From contig JAHFSY010000020.1 in the NCBI GenBank assembly GCA_023269615.1, positions 3,873-67,872 of the forward strand: a stretch of DNA of 64,000 bases, in the 5' to 3' direction. The translations under genes and the position numbers were made by a program. Source of the DNA: Verrucomicrobiota bacterium. Its GTDB lineage: Bacteria > Verrucomicrobiota > Verrucomicrobiia > JABWAM01. Positions 37,713 through 47,350 of this stretch are shown in pieces (positions within the stretch are counted from its first letter, which is position 1; each line of letters starts with the position of its first letter). The notes under the pieces were generated by a model. It was not told where the DNA came from. It did not search any database and saw nothing but the letters and a program-made list of their open reading frames with translations.

Positions 37713-38916
37713 TTTTGGACTTTGCAGGGTTGCGGATCCGCGTTCTGGCGAACGCGGCTACAAAGCACCTGTCGCTTGTTTCATCGCTGTGTTCCTGGTT
37801 TTCAATGTCAACTTGCTTCGCGCTGGTTCCGCTGATCAGTTTCCCATCGGCATGTATGGATTGACCATGGCTTGCACGAATGATTTTCCAATTTTGAAGG
37901 ATGCGGGGTTCAATTGCGTGCAATCCTATCGCGGATTTGAGCCGCTGGATGGCTTTATGAAGGAATGCGAGCGCCATGGTTTCAAGCTCCTGATCAGTCC
38001 GGGCACGAGTGCGGGGCCGTCATTCAATGAGAACACGATGAAGAATTTCGTGGCCAGGACGGGGACTTCCGCGCCGCTTCTCGGCTGGTACATGATTGAC
38101 GAGCCGGATTTCCAGAAGATTGCGCCGACTGACGTGGAGCGCTGTCGCAACGCGTTGAAATCCACCGGCACGAAGTTTCCCTCGGTGATTGTGCTAAGCG
38201 ATGGCAAGTCGGCGGGATTTTACGCCTCGACGGCGGACATCCTGATGGTGGACTGGTATCCGATCCCGCACCTGCCGCTGGCATCGTTTGGGACGGCGGT
38301 GCGACAGGGCCGTTTCGCGGCCGGGCCTGACAAGCCCGTGTGGGGCGTGGTGCAGGCGTTTGACTGGGTGAGTCTTTTCCCTCGGGCTGGCAGACTCAAC
38401 GCGTCGCGCTTCCCCTCCCGGCAGGAAATGCGGGCGCTGGCGTTGCTTGGGGTCGTGGAAGGAGCGTCGGGGCTTTTCTTCTTTGTGCATCAAGATGGAG
38501 AGAGGCTGGAGCCGATCACCCAGCGCGGGGAGGATTGGAATCGATTGAAGCCCGTGGTGCAGGAACTGGCGCGACAAGCGCCCGTCCTCGGCTCACCCAC
38601 GATCTGGAGTCCGGTGAAGCAACACATTGAGAAGGACAAGCTGCGCTGGCGAAACGTGCTGGGTGACGAGGCGCTCCAGGCGGCACGGAAGAGGTTGAAG
38701 GAAGATCGGGAAGGCTTTGTCGCCGGCGATTATCTGCTCGTCGTCAACACCACATCCGAGCAACGCGCCAGTCAGATCTGGGTGCCCGGATTGAAGGATG
38801 GCGAGGTCAAGGTGGACGGGAAAGATGAGCCGGCCACGATCCACAACGGATGGATCATGGATGATTTTGAGCCGTACGCCACGCGCATCTACGGTCCGTT
38901 GCCGCTGAGGGAGTGA
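37696..38916 (+). CDS. secreted glycoside-hydrolase-like TIM-barrel protein
   Basis: Motifs FPIGMYG, AGFNCV, GWYMIDEPD, DILMVDWYP, PVWGVVQAF, GASGLFFF. A REP copy lies in the 5' end (37737-37762). Confidence 0.7.
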   Translation: MKIKNDFGLCRVADPRSGERGYKAPVACFIAVFLVFNVNLLRAGSADQFPIGMYGLTMACTNDFPILKDAGFNCVQSYRGFEPLDGFMKECERHGFKLLISPGTSAGPSFNENTMKNFVARTGTSAPLLGWYMIDEPDFQKIAPTDVERCRNALKSTGTKFPSVIVLSDGKSAGFYASTADILMVDWYPIPHLPLASFGTAVRQGRFAAGPDKPVWGVVQAFDWVSLFPRAGRLNASRFPSRQEMRALALLGVVEGASGLFFFVHQDGERLEPITQRGEDWNRLKPVVQELARQAPVLGSPTIWSPVKQHIEKDKLRWRNVLGDEALQAARKRLKEDREGFVAGDYLLVVNTTSEQRASQIWVPGLKDGEVKVDGKDEPATIHNGWIMDDFEPYATRIYGPLPLRE

Positions 38917-38955
38917 GAACGCATGGAACATCGATCATTGATCATGGAACATGGC

Positions 38956-41379
38956 GTGAAACTTGTGCGTGTGTTTTTGGTGTCAGGGTGTCTTTGGCTT
39001 TTTGGATGTGGCAAACCTTCGGCGGTTTCCACTTCGCCTTCCGGCATCGTGCCCGGGCTGGGGGTTGGCATGTCGCGGGTTCACGTGGACAACGGGTCGG
39101 GCGATGTTTGGACGGTGTTTGTGGATGGTCAAAAGGTGTCGGATCTGCCGGCGCATGACATCGTACCGGTGGACGTGAAGTTTGGGAGTCATGTGTTTGA
39201 AGTGAAGCAGGGAGACACGTCACTGGATCGCGTCGAGCAAAAGGTGGCGATGGGTCATGCGTACATTTTCAATCCGAAGGGGCTCAATCGGTACGAGAAA
39301 TTCCAGGCGGTTTACATGACGTGGAGGGAAGCCTTACGCGCGGGGGATATCACCAGTTCGCCTCTGGGAAAGATTGAAGGGCGCAACTGGATTTCCGACG
39401 ACGTGGATTTTGACCTGTTGATGGAGATGCCGTGGAGCGTGCCCCGCGAGTGGAAGACGCCGGTCACCAAGATCAAGATTTTCAAGCTGATGCCGTCGAA
39501 GTTGAGCGGCGAGGAAGCTGCATTGATCCTCACAAAAAACATCCATGCCTACAATTCCACGCATGATTCGCAGAATCTTGGCGTGGCGATCAGCGCCTTG
39601 CGCGAGGCGGGGTTGAATCCCGAACGGGCGGAGATTCTCTTCGCGTGCCTCAATGGCAAGCCGGTGACGGGGCTGGAGGGACAGGCGGTGGAAGCGCTTT
39701 TTGGCTATGTAAACGCGGAACACCTTCCCCGTCTCAAAAAAATGATCCAGGACAAGGCCGTGGCGGCGAAGGCGGAGTCGGAAGTCCTGCCCAACCTCGC
39801 CAGTTTGTTTGTGAGAAGCTACGCGCCATCGGATGTCGTCGAGCTTTACAACCAAGTGAATGACCATGGGCGGTATTGCATCGTGGCCGCCTGCCATGGT
39901 GTTTCGCCCGAGCATTTGAGAATGTTGCAGGTGGAGCTCGGCCCGATCGCGGTTGCATCCGAGGATGGGTATGTCGGCCCGAAGGCACTGGAATTGTTGC
40001 GCAACAAATCACTCGTCCAGGATGCCGGGTTCGTGCGCAAGATCGATGCCAGCATCGCACGGGTGAAGGATGAAAAGGGGAGGCGGTACCGACAGGTTGA
40101 ATGGAACACATTTCTTTCAGACGCCCTGAAGGGCGCGAAAGACGAGGATGCGCTCAAGCGTCTCGCTGAAAACCTGTCATTTCAGGATCCGGAGGTGCAG
40201 GCGCGGGCCGCCTATTCATTGCTCAAATCCGGGAAGGTGGAGGTTGTTGCCGCCGCGTATCCCTCGATGGACCCGAAACTCCGCCGCGAAGTGATGCAGC
40301 GCGTGCGCACCGGAATGCACCAGACGGATGACTGCGCGATGATTGTTCTTGGTTTGAAGGACGAATCGCCCGATGCCCGCCTCGAGGCGTTCAAGGCGGG
40401 TTGTGAGGATTTCTTCATGGTGATGGAGGAGACGCTGCCGTCCCTGATGGCCGCCTCGCGGGCCGAGAAGGATGCCAAGGTTGGCGTTGAGATGAAGAAA
40501 GAGCTCGAGCGATCGGCCACGCGCAACATGTCCAAATTAAAGAACGCCAGTCCGCTGTTGTTCCGGGCCATTGAAGACGGAGATCCTACTCGCGTCATGG
40601 ACGCGGTCCGGAGTCTCGCTGAAAACAAGGAGAAGAAAGACGCCTATTGGAAGGAGTTCCAGGAATTGTACCCCACGGTCCAGCGGCCCGAAAATCGTGC
40701 GGCCATGATGGAATCCGCGGTTTTCTTTTTCCCTGGTGACAACGAGCGCATTGGATTTTACATGAAGGGGTTGCTGGATTCGTCGCCCAAGGTTCGCGAG
40801 CGCGCCTTCGGCCAGTTCCGGACCATGTTTTCGTCGCTTTCCGATGAGCAGCGTCAAGTGGTGGAGAAAGCTGTCGTGGGGGAAAAGGAGGCTGCCTTGC
40901 GAAAGAGCATGATGCGGGATTACAAATTGTCGGTATTAAGCTGGATGCGCAACAGCACCGTGAGTGAGGTCAGCGAGGAAAGGAAGGAGGCCCAGGCGTG
41001 CGAATACGTTCAGGATGATGAAGAGAAAGTTGTCAGGGAGGCCGCCCTGTTGCTCAGCAGCACCCAATCCGCGACCAAGTCAGCCCAGGTGATGTCAGCC
41101 TTGATCAAGGCATACCCCAAGGCCTCTAAGGAAGCGAAAGACGCGGTCCTTGCCGCTCTCGCCTGGCATGAGGGCGCGGATGTCATGGAAACACTTCGCG
41201 TTGCGCTGAACGACCCCGATGCTTTTGTGCGACGCTCGGCGTTCGACAGCCTGCGCTGGCGGTGGGAACAACGGAAAGATGCTGCGGCATTGGAGATGAT
41301 CAAATCCGCCGCAGGCTCGGAGAAACATGACTCCTTGCGTCAAAGCATGCAGGATTACATCAAGAACTCCCCAAAATAG
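38956..41379 (+). CDS. HEAT-repeat lipoprotein
   Basis: Lipobox LFGC and repeats such as L.D.SP.VRERA, LNDPDAFVRRSA, LKDESPDARLEA. Confidence 0.8.
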   Translation: MKLVRVFLVSGCLWLFGCGKPSAVSTSPSGIVPGLGVGMSRVHVDNGSGDVWTVFVDGQKVSDLPAHDIVPVDVKFGSHVFEVKQGDTSLDRVEQKVAMGHAYIFNPKGLNRYEKFQAVYMTWREALRAGDITSSPLGKIEGRNWISDDVDFDLLMEMPWSVPREWKTPVTKIKIFKLMPSKLSGEEAALILTKNIHAYNSTHDSQNLGVAISALREAGLNPERAEILFACLNGKPVTGLEGQAVEALFGYVNAEHLPRLKKMIQDKAVAAKAESEVLPNLASLFVRSYAPSDVVELYNQVNDHGRYCIVAACHGVSPEHLRMLQVELGPIAVASEDGYVGPKALELLRNKSLVQDAGFVRKIDASIARVKDEKGRRYRQVEWNTFLSDALKGAKDEDALKRLAENLSFQDPEVQARAAYSLLKSGKVEVVAAAYPSMDPKLRREVMQRVRTGMHQTDDCAMIVLGLKDESPDARLEAFKAGCEDFFMVMEETLPSLMAASRAEKDAKVGVEMKKELERSATRNMSKLKNASPLLFRAIEDGDPTRVMDAVRSLAENKEKKDAYWKEFQELYPTVQRPENRAAMMESAVFFFPGDNERIGFYMKGLLDSSPKVRERAFGQFRTMFSSLSDEQRQVVEKAVVGEKEAALRKSMMRDYKLSVLSWMRNSTVSEVSEERKEAQACEYVQDDEEKVVREAALLLSSTQSATKSAQVMSALIKAYPKASKEAKDAVLAALAWHEGADVMETLRVALNDPDAFVRRSAFDSLRWRWEQRKDAAALEMIKSAAGSEKHDSLRQSMQDYIKNSPK

Positions 41380-41399
41380 CGGTTGCCGAGTTCATCGAG

Positions 41400-41882
41400 T
41401 CACACTGAGGACGATTTTCGGGCTTCCAAGTGCTGCAATCTCAGAAGATCGGCCCGGTCCTGTTCGCGGTACGTTTGCTTGCTGCGGATGAGGTCGGCAA
41501 GGCCAAGGTAGGGAATCCGGACCTTGTCCACTTCGGTGGCGAGGGCCTGCGGGATTGCTTCGGCGAACGTGACAACCCACGCACGACGGCTGACATCCAC
41601 TTCCACCTCATCTGCAATCTTCACGACCACGTTGTTGCGGATGTCGGCGGGGACTAATTCGGCAGCCGCGCCATCTTCCATTTCAGCCAGCGCGGCGATG
41701 ACTTTTGCGTAATTCTCATCCGATTCCTCAACCAGGATGTCCACATCCTCCGTGGTCCGGACCATCCCGTGCAGAATGCAGGCATGCCCTCCCGCCACGA
41801 GGTATTTTGCACCATGCTTGTTCAGGAGTGAGCAGACTCGAACCAGCGGGTTTGGACCGTCCTCTCGGTGCTGGGCGGCCAT
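41400..41882 (-). CDS. nucleotidyltransferase-fold protein
   Basis: YLVAGGHA..LHG..RTTEDVDIL and L.DLIRSK..YREQDRAD. Confidence 0.8.
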   Translation of the reverse strand: MAAQHREDGPNPLVRVCSLLNKHGAKYLVAGGHACILHGMVRTTEDVDILVEESDENYAKVIAALAEMEDGAAAELVPADIRNNVVVKIADEVEVDVSRRAWVVTFAEAIPQALATEVDKVRIPYLGLADLIRSKQTYREQDRADLLRLQHLEARKSSSV

Positions 41883-41886
41883 GCTG

Positions 41887-42102
41887 TTACCAAAGTCGTG
41901 GGTTGGACTGGCTTCTTCGCCAGCTTTCATATTCCTCCCACGACCGGGCCTTGAAGACGAAGCCGCGGGGCCGCGGATGGGGATTGAGGTGGTCGGCCCG
42001 CCTCTGGAGAAGGGTGGCGCGACGATAACATTCCGCAGGTGAGGAAACATCCAGCCTGTTCCTCCGTCCAACCACCTTGATTTTTTCCACGTCCTGCATC
42101 AA
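41887..42102 (-). CDS. small basic partner protein of the nucleotidyltransferase
   Basis: 71 aa, ending 4 nt before the NTase ATG. Contains PRGFVFKARSWEEYESW. Confidence 0.65.
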   Translation of the reverse strand: MMQDVEKIKVVGRRNRLDVSSPAECYRRATLLQRRADHLNPHPRPRGFVFKARSWEEYESWRRSQSNPRLW

Positions 42103-42231
42103 CGCACCATAGCCTGATGGCCGTGGGACGTCAATTCAGCGAACAGGCACGCAGTTGAGCCAGATTCATGGGAGCGCCTGATTTGGAGAAACCCGCTCGA
42201 CACCCCGAAATGTCAAAGCTAGGTTCGGCGC

Positions 42232-43491
42232 ATGGCTGTGTCGGCATCTTCCAGCAGGCGGACAAAAAAACGTGGGGATGGAAATGGGCGCAAAGGAGCG
42301 TTTCTCCTCACCATCAATGCCGGATCTTCGAGTCTCAAGTTTGCTCTGTTCCGTGCCGATGTTTCGCTCACCCGCGTTTTGCGCGGAGGCGTGGAACGCA
42401 TCGGGTTGGAAGATTCAGCTTTCTCGGTAACGGATCTTGTGAGCGGGGAAACGGAACGCCGCCCGGTCCGCGCGCCTTCTCACGGGAGCTGTATTGACAT
42501 GCTGCTGGATTTGATCGAACGCAAAGCGGGTCCTGATGGCGTGAAGGCAATCGGCCATCGGCTGGTGCATGGCGGACCAAGCTACGCCGAGCCACAGCGC
42601 GTCACGACGGAGATGATCGAGGAGCTGCGTCGTCTCATCCCGCTCGCGATGGAGCATCTGCCGTCGGAGATTGAATGGATCGAGGCTTTTTCGAAACGCT
42701 ATCCCAAGTGCCCGCAGGTGGCATGCTTCGACACGGCCTTTCATTCCGATCTTCCGAGGGTGTCGCGCATGCTTCCCTTGCCGCGACGCCTTGAGGCGCT
42801 GGGGCTGCGGCGTTATGGGTTTCACGGGTTGTCGTATGAATTCCTAATGCAGGAGCTCTCGCGGCTGGACCCCGCGACGTCGGGTGGCCGTCGCGTGATC
42901 CTTGCGCATCTTGGGAACGGGGCGAGCATGGCGGCGGTGCGCGATGGAAAATGCGTGGACACCAGCATGGGATTCACCCCGGCGGCAGGATTGGTCATGG
43001 GAAAACGGACGGGAGACCTTGATCCCGGGATTTTCATTCATCTGGCCCGCACCGAAAAAATGTCGGCCGACGAATTTCATCGGATGGTGAACCAGCAGTC
43101 CGGATTGCTTGGTGTTTCCGGGGCAAGTTCCGATATGCGGGAATTGCTGGCGTTGGAGTCGTCCGATGTGAGAGCGGCGGAGGCGATTGCGCTGTTCTGT
43201 CATCAGGCGCGGAAATGGATTGGTTCGTATGCGGCCGTGCTGGGAGGATTGGATACGCTTGTGTTTGCGGGTGGCATCGGGGAGAACTGCTCGACGGTTC
43301 GCTCGCGCATTTGCGATGGGCTGGGATTTCTTGGCATCGAACTCGATGAGGGTCGCAACCAGGCCAATGCCCCGGTCATTTCCGGCGCCGGCGGTAAAAC
43401 CGTGGCGCGAGTCATCCGTACGGATGAGGAACTGATGATTGCGAGATCTGTAGAGAAAATTCTCTCGAACAAACTGAGAAAGGCTGGTTGA
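42232..43491 (+). CDS. ackA: acetate kinase
   Basis: Motifs INAGSSSLK, GHRLVHGG, FDTAFH, YGFHGLSY, HLGNGAS, GGIGEN, TDEE. Confidence 0.95.
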   Translation: MAVSASSSRRTKKRGDGNGRKGAFLLTINAGSSSLKFALFRADVSLTRVLRGGVERIGLEDSAFSVTDLVSGETERRPVRAPSHGSCIDMLLDLIERKAGPDGVKAIGHRLVHGGPSYAEPQRVTTEMIEELRRLIPLAMEHLPSEIEWIEAFSKRYPKCPQVACFDTAFHSDLPRVSRMLPLPRRLEALGLRRYGFHGLSYEFLMQELSRLDPATSGGRRVILAHLGNGASMAAVRDGKCVDTSMGFTPAAGLVMGKRTGDLDPGIFIHLARTEKMSADEFHRMVNQQSGLLGVSGASSDMRELLALESSDVRAAEAIALFCHQARKWIGSYAAVLGGLDTLVFAGGIGENCSTVRSRICDGLGFLGIELDEGRNQANAPVISGAGGKTVARVIRTDEELMIARSVEKILSNKLRKAG

Positions 43492-43614
43492 GCCACGGAT
43501 GAAACACGGATTGAACACGGATTTCGTCCCGCCACGGCGGGACTGCAACCCATCGGCTCGGGTGTGCCCGAGCCGCACGTCCCTGCCTATCCGTGTTTCA
43601 TCTGTGGCTCAACC
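43486..43614. repeat. nested inverted-repeat element overlapping the ackA stop
   Basis: Outer arms ggttgagccacggatgaaacacggat / atccgtgtttcatctgtggctcaacc. Inner hairpins gtcccgccacggcgggac and cggctcggg..cccgagccg. Confidence 0.85.
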
Positions 43615-43638
43615 ATGCTTGAATTCACAGTCAATCTC

Positions 43639-46011
43639 ATGAAAACCAAACCTTTGACGACCGACATGCTGCGACGGATGGATGCCTATTGGCGGGCGGC
43701 GAATTATTTGTCCGTCGGGCAGATCTATCTCCTCGACAATCCGCTCCTGAAAAAGCCGTTGAAGATTGAACACGTGAAGCCGCGCCTGCTCGGGCATTGG
43801 GGCACGACTCCCGGTTTGAATTTCATCTACGTTCATTTCAACCGCGTGATCAAGCAGCACGACCTGAGCGTGATCTACGTCACGGGCCCCGGTCATGGAG
43901 GGCCGGCCCTGGTCGCAAACACTTATCTCGAAGGGGTTTACAGCGAGGTTTATCCTGATATCTCGCAGGATGAGGAGGGGATCAGGCGGCTCTTCAAGCA
44001 ATTTTCATTTCCGGGCGGCATTCCGAGCCATGTTGCGCCCGAGACGCCGGGATCCATTCACGAGGGCGGAGAACTGGGTTATGCGCTCACGCACGCGTAC
44101 GGGGCAGTGTTCGACAATCCCGACCTGCTCGCTCTTTGCGTGGTCGGCGATGGCGAGGCCGAGACGGGGCCGCTCGCGGCGAGCTGGCATTCAAACAAGT
44201 TTCTCAATCCCGTTCACGATGGCGCGGTGCTGCCGATCCTGCATTTGAACGGCTATAAAATTGCCGGCCCGACCGTGCTCGCCCGACTGCCGCATGAGGA
44301 ACTGGAGGCGCTGTTTCGCGGCTACGGCTACGAGCCGTTTTTCGTCGAGGGCGACAAGCCCGCTGAAATGCACCAACGAATGGCCGCCACGCTTGACCGC
44401 GTCATTTCCAAAATCAAAGCCATTCAACGCATGGCCCGGGGCGGGGGATTCAAGAAGCGTCCACAGTGGCCGATGATTGTTTTCCGCACGCCGAAAGGAT
44501 GGACGGGACCGAAGATGGTGGATGGCAAAAAAATCGAGGGCACCTTTCGCGCCCACCAGGTGCCGATCAGCGGGATGGCTGGGCGTGGACATGTCAGAAT
44601 CCTGGAGCAATGGATGAAGGGATATCGTCCCGCGGAGCTCTTCGATAAAAATGGACGTTTGCGCACGGAGCTTGCCGAGCTTGCGCCCAGCGGCGCGCGG
44701 CGCATGGGTGCGAACCCGCACGCCAATGGAGGATCTCTTCTGCGCGATTTGCGCTTGCCCGATTTCCGTGATTATGCGGTGAAGGTGAAAAGACCCGGGG
44801 CGACGGCGGCGGAGGCAACGCGCGTGCAGGGGGAGTTCATTCGTGATGTGATCCAGCAAAATGCCGACCATCGCAATTTTCGCGTCTTCAGCCCGGACGA
44901 AACGGCATCCAACCGATGGAACGCCGTCTTCGAAGTCACGAAACGGGTTTCAACAGGCGAAATTCTTCGCAGCGATGAGAATATCTCGCCGGATGGCCGC
45001 GTGATGGAGGTCTTGAGCGAGCATCTCTGCCAGGGCTGGCTCGAGGGATATCTCCTCACCGGACGCCACGGTTTCTTTTCCTGCTACGAGGCGTTTATTC
45101 ACATCATTGACTCGATGTTCAACCAGCATGCGAAATGGTTGAAGACGACGCGGGGAATTCCGTGGCGCCGCCCCATCGCCTCACTGAACTACCTTCTGAC
45201 CTCGCACGTCTGGCGCCAGGACCACAACGGGTTCAGTCACCAGGATCCCGGGTTCATCGACCACGTGGTGAACAAGAAGGCCGAGATCATCCGCGTGTAT
45301 CTGCCGCCCGACGCGAACACGCTGTTATCGGTCACGGACCACTGCCTGCGGAGTCGCAATTATGTGAATGTGATCGTGGCGGGGAAACAGCCTGCGCCCC
45401 AGTGGTTGAACATGGATGCGGCGATCAAGCATTGCGAGCAAGGCATTGGCATCTGGGATTGGGCGGGCAACGACCGCGGAGGCGAGCCCGACGTGGTGAT
45501 GGCCTGCTGCGGGGACGTGCCCACGCTGGAGACGCTTGCGGCCGTGGAGCTGTTGCAAAAGAAGATTCCCAAGTTACGCATTCGCGTGATCAACGTCGTG
45601 GACCTGATGACGTTGCAGCCGCAAAGCGAGCATCCGCACGGGCTGAGCGATCGCGAATACGATTCATTGTTCACCAAAGACAAGCCGATCATCTTCGCGT
45701 TCCACGGATATCCGTGGCTGATCCATCGCCTGACGTATCGGCGCAACAGCCACAAAAATCTGCACGTGCGCGGGTACAAGGAAGAGGGGACGACGACCAC
45801 GCCATTCGACATGGTGGTGCTGAATGATCTCGACCGTTTTCACCTGGCCGAGGATGTGATTGATCGTGTCGAGAAACTCGGGTCACAAGGCGCATACGCA
45901 AAACAGTTCATCCGCGACAAATTGATCGAGCACAAACAATACATCGAGCAACACGGCGAGGATATGCCGGAAATCCAGAATTGGAAATGGGGAGGCAACC
46001 AATCGCGGTAG
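43639..46011 (+). CDS. xfp: xylulose-5-phosphate/fructose-6-phosphate phosphoketolase
   Basis: Motifs [51 protein letters not shown]. Confidence 0.97.
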   Translation: MKTKPLTTDMLRRMDAYWRAANYLSVGQIYLLDNPLLKKPLKIEHVKPRLLGHWGTTPGLNFIYVHFNRVIKQHDLSVIYVTGPGHGGPALVANTYLEGVYSEVYPDISQDEEGIRRLFKQFSFPGGIPSHVAPETPGSIHEGGELGYALTHAYGAVFDNPDLLALCVVGDGEAETGPLAASWHSNKFLNPVHDGAVLPILHLNGYKIAGPTVLARLPHEELEALFRGYGYEPFFVEGDKPAEMHQRMAATLDRVISKIKAIQRMARGGGFKKRPQWPMIVFRTPKGWTGPKMVDGKKIEGTFRAHQVPISGMAGRGHVRILEQWMKGYRPAELFDKNGRLRTELAELAPSGARRMGANPHANGGSLLRDLRLPDFRDYAVKVKRPGATAAEATRVQGEFIRDVIQQNADHRNFRVFSPDETASNRWNAVFEVTKRVSTGEILRSDENISPDGRVMEVLSEHLCQGWLEGYLLTGRHGFFSCYEAFIHIIDSMFNQHAKWLKTTRGIPWRRPIASLNYLLTSHVWRQDHNGFSHQDPGFIDHVVNKKAEIIRVYLPPDANTLLSVTDHCLRSRNYVNVIVAGKQPAPQWLNMDAAIKHCEQGIGIWDWAGNDRGGEPDVVMACCGDVPTLETLAAVELLQKKIPKLRIRVINVVDLMTLQPQSEHPHGLSDREYDSLFTKDKPIIFAFHGYPWLIHRLTYRRNSHKNLHVRGYKEEGTTTTPFDMVVLNDLDRFHLAEDVIDRVEKLGSQGAYAKQFIRDKLIEHKQYIEQHGEDMPEIQNWKWGGNQSR

Positions 46012-46016
46012 CGAAC

Positions 46017-46496
46017 TCAGATCTTCCCGAGCTGCGCCAGGTATTTTGGATCCTCGCCATCAAAAATTTCACGTCCGCCGAGCTCGAAGGCGCGTGTCAG
46101 GCTTTTTGCGGCTTCCTCCATGTGTCCCATTTCAAATTCGGCCTGGCCCAGGCGCAGGTGGACGGCGGGGGACTGGTCGGCGCCCGGGCATTTGAGGGTG
46201 GTCAGAGCTGATCGACGGCACAGGTCGAATTTTCCCTGGTTGAAGTACACGTCGTTGCGGCAGCTGTAGAGATAAGTTGCCGCCTCATAATCAAAAATGT
46301 GTCCGGGCTGTTCACTCAGGATGATCATCGCGCCGGCATACTTGGACATGGCGCCATACAATCTTCCCGCTTGATACATCGCATCGCCTTCCTCGCAGAG
46401 ACGGCTGATCTGCGCCTGGACCTCGTCGCTCAGGGCGTTCACGAAGCCATACGCCGTTCGCATTCTTTTGGAGATGAGCGGGGTGGGGGATGACAT
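46017..46496 (-). CDS. TPR protein
   Basis: LCEEGD...CPGA..P.VHLRLGQ..FE.G..EEA...L.RA....G.EIF.GEDPKY. The start may be GTG 46442. Confidence 0.75.
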   Translation of the reverse strand: MSSPTPLISKRMRTAYGFVNALSDEVQAQISRLCEEGDAMYQAGRLYGAMSKYAGAMIILSEQPGHIFDYEAATYLYSCRNDVYFNQGKFDLCRRSALTTLKCPGADQSPAVHLRLGQAEFEMGHMEEAAKSLTRAFELGGREIFDGEDPKYLAQLGKI

Positions 46497-46610
46497 GGCG
46501 GGATTTCCGGATAGGGCATGCGATGATTGAAATCAAGGTGTGGGAGTGGCTGAGTCAGGGTAACGCATTTGGTAACGCATTTGGATTTGACATTATATTT
46601 GCCAGCCATT

Positions 46611-46694
46611 TTTGTGCTTTTTGCGCCTCTTTGCGGCCATATTCCGACGTAACAAATGCAGGGATTTGCCACAAAGAGGCGCAAGGAGCACAAA
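46611..46694. repeat. hairpin repeat, same family as 2814 and 3564
   Basis: tttgtgctttttgcgcctctttgcggc...gccacaaagaggcgcaaggagcacaaa. Confidence 0.8.
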
Positions 46695-46812
46695 GATGCC
46701 AGCGGCAGCTCCATTCCCAGTCCGAATGTGCAGGCAGTGATTCCATGCCTGGACATAGATACCGCAGATGTGGGCTGGATTTTTTGCCGCGGATGAATTT
46801 GAATGGGGACCT

Positions 46813-47211
46813 ATGGCGAAAATACTTTTGGTGGAGGACAATGAAATGAACCGTGACATGCTTTCGCGGCGGCTCATCCGCAAGGGCTACGAGGTGGTGA
46901 TCGCGGTGGATGGCGGGCAGGGCGTGGCGATGGCGAAGTCGGAGAAGCCGGACCTGATCCTCATGGACATGAGCCTGCCGGTGATTGATGGCTGGGAGGC
47001 GACGCGGCAGGTGAAGGCTGCTGAGGAAACCAAGGCGATTCCCGTGATCGCGCTCACGGCGCACGCGATGTCCGGCGACCGCGAAAAGGCGCTCGAGGCC
47101 GGGTGCAACGATTACGACACCAAGCCGATCGAGCTGCCGAGGTTGCTTTCCAAGATTGAAACGCTATTGGGCGGAAAAGCGGCAAGTGGGACGGGGACCG
47201 CAGCGGCTTGA
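46813..47211 (+). CDS. single-domain response regulator (DivK/CheY-like)
   Basis: Motifs ILLVEDN, DLILMDMSLP..DG, ALTA, TKP. Confidence 0.93.
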   Translation: MAKILLVEDNEMNRDMLSRRLIRKGYEVVIAVDGGQGVAMAKSEKPDLILMDMSLPVIDGWEATRQVKAAEETKAIPVIALTAHAMSGDREKALEAGCNDYDTKPIELPRLLSKIETLLGGKAASGTGTAAA

Positions 47212-47276
47212 TGTAGCCACGCTCGCCAGAGCGTGGTCGGCCGCTCCGGAACCGCGTTCTTGCGAACGCGGCCACA
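47212..47276. repeat. GTAG REP doublet, family C variant
   Basis: tgtagccacgctcgccagagcgtgg...ccgcgttcttgcgaacgcggccaca. Confidence 0.8.
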
Positions 47277-47350
47277 GTTTCAGTGTCCCCACAGTTCCAG
47301 CTTGAAGCGGGCGGTGGATGGTTGCACATTGAGGGCGCTCCCCAACCGAC

